DNA of 64,000 nucleotides from Octopus sinensis (taxonomy: Eukaryota), in assembly GCF_006345805.1 (NCBI RefSeq), contig NC_043001.1:41230001-41294000 (forward strand), read 5' to 3'. Within the stretch, counting starts at the first letter, position 1, and each line of letters starts with the position of its first letter. Below are positions 14,025 to 25,474 of this stretch, one piece after another. The notes under the pieces were generated by a model. That model saw only the letters and a program-made list of their open reading frames with translations. It made no database searches and was not told the origin of the DNA. Position numbers and translations under genes: made by a program.

Positions 14025-14055
<31 letters not shown>
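10372..14055. repeat. Tandem satellite, block 1: nine ~360-400-bp monomers separated by (TA)n
   Basis: The marker gagataatagtt recurs near 10405, 10765, 11134, 11539, 11922, 12438, 12842, 13215 and 13722. Each monomer ends ...aaattggttgtgtagttctcaagttttagggat...cagatagacagatacacattcccatctt(ta)n. Confidence 0.95.
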
Positions 14056-17000
14056 CTAGCTGAAGGTGACCCGCTCTACGCGCGGGTAAGAGTGTGGTAT
14101 ATATATATAAATGTATACAAATTATATATATATAAATACAGATATATGCACTTTTTATATATAAAAATTATTATATATACATATTTATATATAGATACAC
14201 ACACACATATATAAATTAACCAAATAAATATCTGATTCATAATATTTGTTGTCATGATTGAGTGGTGGTGGTGGCAATGATAATTCTCTCTATGAATGCA
14301 GACAGACGTAGAGAGTGTGTAAAAGCGCTGTGGAAGGCAGGGAGGGGAGATAACGGACGCTGTGAAACGACGTTATAAAGAGAAAGTGAATGTAAGGGAG
14401 GTAGACGCCGTGAAACGACGTTATAGATAGAATGTGAAAGGAAGGGAGAAAAGTGAGTGAGTGATGGAGGAAGACAGATACATAAAAGAATGAGAGTGTT
14501 GGATGTTTTGTTTGTTGGACCAATGTATTAAGGTAGTATTGTTTTATTGTTTTAAAACGAAAGAGGCAATGTGTTTGTTTCAAAAATCAAAAAATCTGTT
14601 ATAGTGAATGAAATTAGAATTCACACCCAGCTCAGTTTTGTAGAAAGAGTATCACGATGTGAACTCATGAGTTGGGAGTTTGACTGAGAGAGTTTATATG
14701 GTGACACATGCCAGTCCTTTCGACACCACCTAAACAATGGAATAGTGTATAAAATGTAATTAACAACTCATTCACTTTATGAATGTCTTATGTTAGCGAA
14801 GAAACAATAACTTGACAAAACTGTTTAATGGAGACGTAGAAGGAATCGGAAAATGAGGAATAAAGAGAATGAGTTGGATCAAATATTTGCAAACATCTGA
14901 ACCCAATGTTCTTTATGAACCATGTTCTTTTTAATGTCTTTATTTTCAAGAATGAAGAGATAATGAAGAGGTGCAAACTAAAAAATCAAGCAAGATTTCA
15001 TGACTTACAATCAGTTTTCTTTTGTCAGAGCCTCCTGATAAACCACGTTCCTTGTGCGCTCATGATTGCCAAGAATGAAGAGTTTATGTGGATTTCCAAC
15101 TCGAGAACAGGCTACGTACAATTGACCATGACTGAAAACCGGTTGTGACAGGTTAATGCCTACAATGTCCAGTGATTGTCCCTGTGACTTGTTGATTGTC
15201 ATCGCGAAGCATAGTTTGATTGGAAATTGAAAGCGTTTAAACTGAATGGGAACATCAGAGGGTGAAATACTCATTTTATGTATCATTTTGATTGTTCCTA
15301 CAAATGGTCCACTCAAAATTTCAGCAGTTATAACATGGCTTTGAATCCTCCTAATAACCATTCGGGTTCTATTGCATATTTCAGGCGTTTCCATATTTCT
15401 GAGCACCATGATTGGAGCACCAACTTTCAAACACAAATGATGAGGTGGAAGTCCCGGAGGTGTTAGCTTGTTGAGTAGCTCGGGTGGATATTTGACTGCA
15501 TCATTCTCATCTTTATTTGTATCGATGGACATGAAAGAAACTATCTCACCAGGATTCATATCAAGTACTTGTTTATTTGTAGCATGAGCTGTTGTATTAT
15601 GAGGCGATAGAATAGCTCTTGCTCTTAGCCAATCGAGATCCTGGAAGTTGGTTTCGACGTCAGGTAAAACGGCTCTTATAAGTTCTTCTACATTTGGAAC
15701 GAAATTCCCAAAAGGCAACCGAATATGCTCATCATCAACGAACGGCAAAACTCCATCACCAAGATCTAATAGGTGTTTTGCGAAAGCCTCAGACTCCACA
15801 TCACCATGTAGGTGGACACTCATGTTTGTTTGAAGATGGCGACTGATAACACTGTGCCACACAAAAGAATGCTTTATACATGCATTAACCTCATCAGCTC
15901 TAGTGCCTGCTCAGACAACAGGAATAGTTTGTGGAAAATCTCAAGCCATGAGAAACGTAGCTCCACCCATTATTTTTTATTGTGACGCAAATCTTGGAGA
16001 GTTCTGTCAAGAGCCTCAAACATGGCCTTATTACTCATTGTAGCCTCATCCCAAATAAAAAGACTGCATTCACGAAGAAGTCTTGCTCTTGAGGAACTAC
16101 GATCTATATTACATATAGGATTATCTTTCTTTCCAATGTCCATGGGCAATTTGAATGCACTATGTGCCGTACGGCCACCTTGAAGCAGTGTCGCTGCAAT
16201 ACCACTTGTGGCACATGCAATGGCAATTCGATGTTCAGCGCGCAGCTTTGCGAGAATCAAATTGATAACGAAAGTTTTACCAGTACCACCAGGAGCATTC
16301 AAAAAGAAAAGCTTTCCTTGGTTCAATCTAACGCTGTCAATAATTTCATTATAAATCTCTCTTTGTTCAGGCAAAAGTCTTGGTTCATCTCGCGTAATTG
16401 TTTCCGTCAATTCGGCAATGTTGTAGTTTTTTTCTGACATGTATTCAACATCCAAAGGCGCTTCATGATGGACAGGTGTTGGCAGATGGAATTCACTTAA
16501 ACCGCGTATAACATAGCGTCTGATATGTCTGTCCATGACGATTAATGCCTCATTATAAACATCGTCATTGCCATCACGTAGCGCTAAATTAGCCTGTATA
16601 TCCTTTGATAGGCTCTGTCTGAACGATTCCCAAAGGTTAAGAGGGTTGGTGGGATTACAGTGGATTAATATGCTACAAAACAATCGACGCATTTGCCATG
16701 GCAGTTTACAATTTGAGGCCTCTGCTAATGTCCTGTGTAAGTGGTCGTCATTGAGAAGAAGTCCGCGCCTCAAACATGCTTCCCTGTAAGTGGCGCAGAT
16801 GATACCATCAACCGTGTGAAGATCAGCAAAAGACTTCGGTCCAGTAACTACATGAAGTAGCATTCTCAAAAAGATTTCCTGTTTGGTAGGATGAATATTA
16901 TACACACGCCCAATGACGTTCTTCCTAGAAACACCGGGCCAATTGTCAAGTTCTGTTCCATGTGACCTGCGCTTCCAATTATTGTTGTTGTATGTGTAAT

Positions 17001-17787
17001 ATTCCGGTACTTCAGGGTAAATGAGAGTAGCAGCAAACTCATCAACTGAACACAATTTAAAAAATTCTGTAAGCGTAGTCCCTTTTGGATTTTCAATGAC
17101 TTGACGTGCATTTTTCTCTGTGAAGTAAACCATCTGTCTCTTCTGTAAATGAACATTCAGGTGGAAAACTGATGGTGAGCTTAGATGAATCTCGTATCCA
17201 AAAATGCGCCACGCTGCTTAATTGGAGGATACATACCTACCCAAAACGAATTGTTTAGTTTCGTCATGTCTAAGGTCTTCATCACTGAACACAAACACAG
17301 CCATATCATCGCCCTTATTAATTTACTTGCAGAGGTATTGTATGCATCTCACCGAACTGCAGTACTCAACATTAATGTGTGCATTAAATGTTTTGGAAAG
17401 CAAAGGGTTGAATGGAACGATCCAGGCATTATCAACATCGAATGTTTTAGCCGTTGTTTAATTGTAGCTGTGCGGCCACCCAAACCTGGGTCACATATCA
17501 GAAAAAGAGGACGGGAAAATGAAATATTTTGCAATGTAAACATGATTTGTTTTAAGAGAAAGATTGTCATGATTGTGTGTTGGTGGTGGCGATGATAATT
17601 CTAGACCCCTTTTCACATTTTGATGAAGAGAACCCGATTTCATTCGGGTCTACTGGGGCCACATATAGGGGTGTGTGTGTGTGTGTGTGTGTGCACACTG
17701 TAGAAATTAAATTAGAGATCAAAACCACTAATAGGGAAATGAAACAATAAAAAAACAAAAACATAAAAATATAATATTAGATATATG

Positions 17788-17818
<31 letters not shown>

Positions 17819-18220
17819 TGACAGGTAGACAATAGAATGCGATGGCGATGTAATATTTGTTACTGTCTATGACGCTGATAGATACATGAGTAAAATGTAT
17901 AGGAAGGTAAGAGATAGAGTGAGTGAAAATGTTCTTGGAAGAGAGTAAATAGCGAGTGATTTGAGGAAGACTTTACATTAAATAACGGTAGTTGCATTGT
18001 CTCTTGAAGAGGAGTGAGAGAGTACTGGAGGAAATAGGGTGAGTGAGGGAGATGGCCCCTAGCAACCACACCTTTTAAGATAGGGATTTCTAAGGTAGCC
18101 CACGCGCATCGTCACCTCATTCTACATGTCCCTGTAAATTTTGGAGCGAATCGGATGGGATGTAGTGGCATTGAAAGCGATCCAAGCGGTAAAAACGCAT
18201 TTCAGTTTTATATATAGAGA
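14056..18220 (-). mobile_element. Helitron with both termini, internally deleted Rep-PIF1 helicase (4165 bp)
   Basis: 5' A|TCTCTATATATAAAAC at 18220. 3' hairpin acccgc-N7-gcgggt (14069-14087) lies 9 nt from CTAG|T (14056-14059). Internal Rep motif 3 and PIF1 coding sequence. Confidence 0.92.
15011..17490 (-). pseudogene. Helitron RepHel protein, C-terminal part (Rep motif 3 plus PIF1 helicase), with premature stops
   Basis: DNAWIVPFNPLLSKTFNAHINVEYC...YLCK*INKG (17490-17135, hand translated); Walker A NAPGGTGKT; IWDEATM; A*DFPQTIPVV* (motif III with two stops); FAMTINKSQGQSL; HGQLYVACSRV; NVVYQEAL. No Rep HUH motif 2 upstream. Confidence 0.92.
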
Positions 18221-18975
18221 TATATATATATATATAAATATATCAATGTATGTATGTATATATGTATGTATGCCTGTATATATGTGAGATAATAGTTTCA
18301 TTTTAATAGTTTCAGTATTAAAGTGAAACTACTAAAATAAGAATATCTGACTTGACAATAGAGAGATGTTATTCTTTCACTTTTGACACCTAATACTGAA
18401 ATAGTGGAAAAGATATGATATTGCTCTGGGCCCGCACTAGGCATAAAGTTAAAATTTTTGGGGGCCTATAACACTACATGGACCCTGAGTAAGGCATGTG
18501 TAAAATTTGAATGAAATTGGTTGTGTAGTTCTCAAGATTTAGGGATTCACACACAGACACAAATAGACAGATACACATTCCCATCTTTATATATATATAT
18601 ATATACATATATAAATAAATATATCGATGTATGAATGTATATATGTATGTATGCCTGTATATATGTGAAATAATATTTTCATTTTAATAGTTTCAGTATT
18701 AAAGTGAAACTACTAAAATAAGAATATCTGACTTGACAATAGAGAGATGTTATTCTTTCACTTTTGACACCTAATACTGAAATAGTGGAAAAGATATGAT
18801 ATTGCTCTGGGCCCGCACTAGGCATAAAGTTAAAATTTTTGGGGGCCTATAACACTACATGGACCCTGAGTAAGGCATGTGTAAAATTTGAATGAAATTG
18901 GTTGTGTAGTTCTCAAGTTTTAGGGATTCACACACAGACACAGACAGACAGATAGACAGATACACATTCCCATCT

Positions 18976-19007
<32 letters not shown>

Positions 19008-19015
19008 ATATATAT
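18221..19015. repeat. Tandem satellite, block 2 (two monomers)
   Basis: Same monomer as 10372-14055; resumes directly after the Helitron 5' end. Confidence 0.95.
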
Positions 19016-22000
19016 TGGGTAGATAAAGTAATTGAGGTAATCAGAGTATGTGACAGAATACTTAAGATCAGATTAGTGCTTCATCATAGTTTAGCAACCA
19101 TTATATCAGCCTATGCTCCTCAGTCGGGGCTACCCGATGGACAGGAAGACCGATTCTATGACACTCTACTGCAGACTACCTCATTGACGAATGACAGAGA
19201 CCTTCTCTTTGTGGCTGGTGACTTCAATGGTCATGTTGGATGACATGCTGGGGGCTTCCATGGCGTACATGGAGGCTATGGCTATGGCTCCTGCAACGAG
19301 GAGGGAACCAGGCTGCTGGAGTTCTGCGATGCAAATAATCTTATGATTTGCAACACTAACTTCAGGAAACCTACCAGCCATCTAGTCACTTACCGATCAG
19401 GCCAACATACCAGCCAAATTGACTACATCCTTGCAAGGCAAAGGGAGAGATGGCTGCTTATAAATGCCAAAACCTTCCCAGGCGAAGAATGTACCCCACA
19501 ACATAGACTGGTAGTTAGTGACTTTACGATCAGGACTAGGAGGACAACTAGAAGACGACCAACATGGAGAAGAAAGATCTGGAAGCTTAAAGATCCTGCA
19601 AATGGACAGAGATTTAGGGACATATTACTTGAAGCCTTTGATGAAGTAGAAGGGGATAGAGCATCACAGGGGGTAGAAGACAACTGGACGTTTCTAAGGG
19701 ACAACCTGCTGAGAGCCACTGACCAGATCTGTGGCTGGTGCAAAGTCCCCTATCGACCTAGAATAATGTGGTGGTGGAACAATATTGTAGACAGGGCTAT
19801 TAGAGAAAAGAGACAGGCTTGGAAGGTCTGGAAAAATGGGGGTAGTAGGGAATTGTATCAGACTGCCAAAAGAGAAGCTAGGAGACAGGTTTATTTAGCC
19901 AGAGGGGAAGCAGATAAGAAAAAATTTGCCAATGTTCTGCGCCGTGAGGACCAAAGACTGGAGGTGTTTCACGTTGCAAGACAGTGTGTGAGAGAGAATC
20001 GTGATGTGGTAGGAGAGAAGTGTGTTCGCATGGAAGATGGTTCACTTGCGCTAAATGAGGATGCAAAGAGAGAGGTTTGGAGACGCCACTATGAAAGGTT
20101 GCTGAATAAAGAAAATGAATGGGATAAAGAGAGTCTGCCGAATGTTGACCCAACAGAGGGACCAGCTATCCGAGTTGATAGTTCCGTGGTAGTTAAAGCA
20201 ATTAGAAGCATGAAGACAGGGAAAGCCCCAGGCCCATCAGGAATCACTGCAGAGATGCTCAAAATGTCTGGTAGTGTCGGCTATAGCCTAGTCACCTGTA
20301 TAGTTAATCAGGTGATACACAAAGGAGTCATACCCAATGACTGGTGTAGCAGCATAATAGTCAACTACTACAAAGGTAAAGGTTACGCATTCGATACAAA
20401 TAACTACAGAGGTATCAAGCTGTTGGATCAGGTGATGAAGGTTACGGAGAGGGTCATAGCCCAACTAATTAGAGAGAGAGTTAGTTTAGATGAGATGCAG
20501 TTTGGGTTTGTGCCAGGGAAAAGTACCACTGATGCTATATTCCTGGTAAGGCAGCTGCAGGAGAAATACCTAGCCAAAGATAAGCCCCTATACCTGGCTT
20601 TTGTTGACATGGAGAAAGCCTTCGACAGGGTCCCCCGATCCGTTATCTGTTGGTCAATGAGGAAACTAGGGATAGATGAATGGTTAGTGAGAGCTGTGCG
20701 GGCCATGTATAGGGACGTTGCCAGTAAGGTGAGGGTTGGCAACGAGTACAGTGAAGAATTCTGGGTAGAGGTAGGGGTCCACCAAGGCTCAGTCCTCAGC
20801 CCCCTCCTATTTATCATAGTCCTCCAGGCAATAACGGAGGAATTCAAGACAGGATGCCCTTGGGAGCTCCTCTATGCTGATGACCTTGCTCTAATTGCTG
20901 AGTCGCTATCAGAACTGGAGGAGAAGTTTCAGGTGTGGAAACAAGGATTAGAATCGAAGGGCCTTAGAGTCAATCTAGCTAAAACCAAAGTCGTAATCAG
21001 TAGGAAGGTAGACAAATCACAAACACCTTCAGGTAGATGGCCCTGCTCAATCTGTAGAAAAGGTGTAGATAGAAACTCTATAAGATGCACCAAGTGTAAG
21101 CTATGGACACATAAGAGGTGCAGCAATGTCAAAGGAAGGCTAACTAGGAAGATGGTTTTTGTATGTGGCAGATGCTTAGGAACAATAAACATTGAAAATG
21201 CTCTGAGACCAACTTCCGTCACTTTCCAGGGAGAAAAACTAGAAATAGTTGATAGTTTCCATTACCTAGGTGACCAAGTCAGCAGCAGGGGCGGGTGTGC
21301 TGAAAGTGTAACTGCTAGAGTAAGAATAGCTTGGGCAAAGTTCAGAGAGCTCTTACCTCTGCTGGTGACAAAAGGCCTCTCGCACAGAGCAAAAGGCAGA
21401 CTGTATGATGCGTGTGTACGAACAGCCATGCTACATGGCAGTGAAACATGGGCCGTGACTGCTGAGGATATGCGTAAGCTCGCAAGAAATGAAGCCAGTA
21501 TGCTCCGATGGATGTGTAACGTCATACTCATACTCGGCAGAGTGTAAGTACCTTGAGAGAAAAGCTGGACCTAAGAAGCATCAGTTATGGTGTGCAAGAG
21601 AGACGTTTGCGCTGGTATGGGCATGTGGCGAGAATGGATGAAGATAGTTGTGTGAAAAAGTGCCACACCCTAGCGGTTGAGGGAACCTGCGGAAGAGGCA
21701 GACTCATGAAAACCTGGGACGAGGTGGTGAAGCACGACCTTCGAACTTTAGGTCTCACTGAGGAAATGACTAGAGACCGAGACCTCTGGAAGTGTGCTGT
21801 GCGCGAGAAGACCCGGCAGGACAAGTGAGTCCATAACCCGTGGCCTTCTACATGGGATGGAGCCAGCCTACGCATGCATACCTTCCCTTCTTGGGACACG
21901 AAACTCTATTTGTGAAGACCTGTTGAGGCAAGTGAGGATCATAATCGAAATCGATCAATGGAAATTGCAGATGTGTTACCAGTGCCATGTAAGAGAACCA

Positions 22001-22350
22001 TCTGTTCGCGACCGTTGCCAGTGCCACCCCGACTGGCCTCATGCCGGTGGCACGTAAAAAGCACCATCCGTTCGTGTCTGCCAGCCTCGCCTGGCCCCCG
22101 TGCCAGTGGCACATAAAAAGCACCATCTGTTGATGGCCGTTTGCCAGCTCTGTCTGGCACCTGTGCGGGTGGCATGTAAAAAGCACCCACTACACTCACG
22201 GAGTGGTTGGCATTAGGAAGGGCATCCAGCCGTAGAAACACTGCCAGATCTGACTAGGCCTGATGAAGCCTTCTGGCTTCACAGACCCCAGTTGAACCGT
22301 CCAACCCATGCTAGCATGGAAAATGGATGCTAAACGATGATGATGATGAT
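19016..22350 (+). mobile_element. RTE-clade LINE, 5'-truncated inside the endonuclease, otherwise nearly intact
   Basis: APE motifs SAYAPQ, VAGDFNGHVG and QIDYIL; RT motifs KAPGPSG, NYRGIKLL, DMEKAFDRVP, GVHQGSVLSP, LLYADDL; C-terminal RRLRWYGHV. One TGA at 19241, one frameshift near 21530, stop at 21828. 3' UTR ends in (GAT)5 at 22336-22350. Inserted in the (TA)n of the satellite. Confidence 0.95.
19343..21547 (+). CDS. RTE LINE EN-RT polyprotein, open segment of 734 aa including RT and a C4HC3 PHD-type finger
   Basis: ORF track entry with YADD. The finger CSIC-x10-CTKC-x4-H-x2-C-x14-CGRC lies at 21044-21175. Confidence 0.85.
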   Translation: MICNTNFRKPTSHLVTYRSGQHTSQIDYILARQRERWLLINAKTFPGEECTPQHRLVVSDFTIRTRRTTRRRPTWRRKIWKLKDPANGQRFRDILLEAFDEVEGDRASQGVEDNWTFLRDNLLRATDQICGWCKVPYRPRIMWWWNNIVDRAIREKRQAWKVWKNGGSRELYQTAKREARRQVYLARGEADKKKFANVLRREDQRLEVFHVARQCVRENRDVVGEKCVRMEDGSLALNEDAKREVWRRHYERLLNKENEWDKESLPNVDPTEGPAIRVDSSVVVKAIRSMKTGKAPGPSGITAEMLKMSGSVGYSLVTCIVNQVIHKGVIPNDWCSSIIVNYYKGKGYAFDTNNYRGIKLLDQVMKVTERVIAQLIRERVSLDEMQFGFVPGKSTTDAIFLVRQLQEKYLAKDKPLYLAFVDMEKAFDRVPRSVICWSMRKLGIDEWLVRAVRAMYRDVASKVRVGNEYSEEFWVEVGVHQGSVLSPLLFIIVLQAITEEFKTGCPWELLYADDLALIAESLSELEEKFQVWKQGLESKGLRVNLAKTKVVISRKVDKSQTPSGRWPCSICRKGVDRNSIRCTKCKLWTHKRCSNVKGRLTRKMVFVCGRCLGTINIENALRPTSVTFQGEKLEIVDSFHYLGDQVSSRGGCAESVTARVRIAWAKFRELLPLLVTKGLSHRAKGRLYDACVRTAMLHGSETWAVTAEDMRKLARNEASMLRWMCNVILILGRV

Positions 22351-22630
22351 GTATGTATGTATATATGTATGTATGCCTGTATATATGTGAGATAATAGTT
22401 TCATTTTAATAGTTTCAGTATTAAAGTGAAACTATTAAAATAAGAATATCTGACATGACAATAGAGAGATGTTATTCTTTCACTTTTGACACCTAATACT
22501 GAAATAGTGGAAAAGATATGATATTGCTCTGGGCTCGCACTAGGCAAGAATGAAATTGGTTGCGTAGTCCTCAAGTTTTAGGGATTCACACAGACAGACA
22601 GACACACATTCTCATTTTTATATATATAGA
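22351..22630. repeat. Tandem satellite, block 3 (one internally deleted monomer)
   Basis: Same monomer with the segment between ggcaagaa and tgaaattggtt missing; followed by a CA/TA low-complexity tract to ~23150. Confidence 0.9.
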
Positions 22631-23706
22631 TGCATGCATGCACATATATATGTATATGTCAATGTCAAGTACAAAACATGTATGTGAATTTAATCATTGT
22701 CTGTCAAAATAGTGACATATATATGTGTAGATGGATAAGATGGATACATGAGTATACTTTAAGATTATACATACATATGTGTGTGTATACGTGTTTATAT
22801 TTGCATATATGTATCTAAGACATTCTATCCATTCACTGTTAGATGGTGTGGAGAGGCACACACATATATATATATATACAAACTTCGACAGAGTAACAGT
22901 AATATATACGACTTGAATAGACACACATATCAGTACATAAACATGCGTTTACATGTGCATACACATATACACACAAGCAGACACGTCTACACACATACCT
23001 AAATACTCACATACATACATACAGAAATACATACATGCATATAGGCATATATGCATGTACACATCTACATATGTACATGCAAAAATGCACACATACACAC
23101 ACATCCATCCATCGATACATGTATACATACATACATATCATGAACCAACTGTTACTTTCTCACAAGCAGCATGAAGTTTTGTAAGTGAACATGTCACAGT
23201 ACTTTTTGGTTACCTCACCCCCATTAAAAAATTGAGTTTATGAGACGACAAGAGATTGGGTTAAAAGGGTTTAGATCCTTTTGATTCAATATTCAACACA
23301 TTGTTGATTTTTGGCCCCCTCAATAGGCATGGTGTGATTTGTTATAAAAATGCTATTAGATTCAATAAGATGTTTAATTTTTTCAGTTTTCTTGTTTATT
23401 ATTTTTTCAGTTTTCATGTTTATTACTTTTTTTTTGTTTTTGTTTTATTGAGGGATAAACAAATTGTTTAGTTGGGGGAGAGAACCAAAAGTACCAATAT
23501 TTTTCATAAAACATGGTGAGATAACCAAAAAGTACCCAGGTCATGGTTTCAAAGCAATGAAAGTATTTTGACACAAATTGAATTTAAATGTTGAAGTGAA
23601 TCTAACAGTTTTTTGTGTGTTTTAAATGGCTTATAAAAACCTTCCACCAGTTTCAGAGTCATTGCTCTTCATTAGTTTGGAGTAGCTTGGCTTGATAGCT
23701 TGATTC

Positions 23707-25110
23707 TTTATTACAGGCACGAGGCCTAATTACAGAGGGGACATACAAAGACATGCGGGAGCATAAAACATATGATGAATGAATGTGAAATGAATACCTT
23801 TACAAAGCAAATGAGTCGGCCATCTCGCTCCCGCTGCGAGATGAAACTGTGTATTCCATTACCATTAACTTTTACACAACCTCTAGCCTTGCTCCAAGGT
23901 GAAACTGCGACTTCCCTTTTTGCTTTTGCTCTAAAATTACACCTTTTAAGAAAATGTTCAAACAGGATTTACTTCTTATTTTTCCTTTTTTTTTAAACTA
24001 AAATCAACCAAATGTACATCACATTATTTTTTAAAAACATTTTGGAAACCTGTTCATTCAACCATTGCAAAGTAACTTGTTTTTCCTTTTTCTTTTTTTC
24101 TTAAAAGTACAAATAAACTTTCCTCAATTACAGTCTTTACAAAATAGTATTGACTTACCTCTTCTGTCTCTCACAATGTCTTTCACTCTTACAATCCTTT
24201 ATGTTGGGATGACCTATCTCACTATAATTTTCCTTTTGTTTGTTTTTTTCATGTCTCTTTTTGTTTCTATTTTCCTGCTGTTTTGTGTGTTCTAGTATTT
24301 TCGTCTCTAAGTCTGTGTGTTCGTGTATTTGTGTGTTCGTTTGACTGTAACTCTACATGTTTCATTTATGTGTCTATGTTTTTAGGTTTCCGTACTTCTG
24401 GGTTGTCTTGTTTCTGGTCTGCATGATTCTGTCCTTTTAATTCCTTTGCTGTTACTTCCTCTGGTAAATTTTCTCTGTTTCTTGTCGTGGGTTGAGTTCT
24501 TCTATTCCTTTAAACTTCTTCACTTCCACTGTCGTTGGTGACTTTCTTGGGTTTTACCTCTGCCAAATTCCCATCATATTCTGTTCTCTGCCTCTGCCCC
24601 CCCCCCCAGCTATATCTTCCTGAACACTCTGCTGCTCTAGGACATTTCCTTCTCAGGTGTCCTCTTTCACTGCATCTGTAACATTTTTGGGGTCTCCCCT
24701 CTAACATTACTTCCAGTTTTTCACCATTTGGTAATTCCACAGTTTCCGCCATTTTGTTGTAATATTCTGGGTTTACCACGCAAATTACTTTAATACCATA
24801 TCCCAACGAATTCAATTGTTGAGTTCTGCTTACTATGCAAATGTTCATGTTTTCACTTCCCTTCACCAGCTCTGAATTAAAAATTGTGACTATTACCCAT
24901 TCTGGGTCGATCAACGGTGGGATTCTTCCCACCCTGACGATTCTTTTGGCCAAACAGTTCGGTACCAACGTCCATTTCTGTCTCAGTATCAGTCTGTTGT
25001 CGTTCATTTTTGCCTCTTCTTCTGATGCAAAGGTGACTATTATAGTCGCGTATTTCCTTCCTCTTGTAAAGAAAGTTATTCCTTCACCCATTCAATATTT
25101 CCTCTATATA
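23707..25110 (-). mobile_element. ORF1-only non-LTR element, copy 1 (5' end lost)
   Basis: ORF 24510-25091 ends in a CX2CX4HX4C knuckle (CYRCSERGHLRRKC). Collinear with 50452-52192 through the linker and 3' UTR, down to ggcctcgtgcctgtAATAAA (23712-23707). Confidence 0.75.
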
Positions 25111-25266
25111 CATATAAGAGGAATGACCACTAGGTGGACATCCAATATGCTAAATGTAGACCCCATATGGTCTGACCACTAAGAAAAAATTGTTCTCAAG
25201 AAAATTCAGTAAATGCCAGAACGTAAGCAAGCAAGACAAATGAAAAGATACAAATTATAATGATTA

Positions 25267-25338
25267 GTCACATACCAGGTTTCATTGTTACCATTTACAT
25301 ATTTAGATATGTAAACGTCTGCAAATCATCAGTGCGAC
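25267..25338 (-). ncRNA. Penelope-type minimal hammerhead ribozyme motif with extended stem II
   Basis: Minus strand reads gtcgca CTGATGA t[ttg..tttacatat-ctaa-atatgtaaa..caa]t GAAA cctgg TA tgtgac. Stem I has 6 bp with one G.U; stem III is quasi-palindromic; cleavage triplet GUA. Confidence 0.65.
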
Positions 25339-25474
25339 CATCATAGAAAATATAATTTGCAGAATTATAGATGATACAAAGGTGGACAAGAGAAACAACA
25401 ATTAGAAGGACAGGCAAGAAAAGACGGGTCATTCGTGGCCTTCTTTCCCCAGTCAAGTTACCAGAAGTCCTTAC

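Noticed and set aside
15011-17133. Host PIF1 helicase gene
   Set aside because: Preceded by Helitron Rep motif 3, intronless, has premature stops and lies between canonical Helitron termini.
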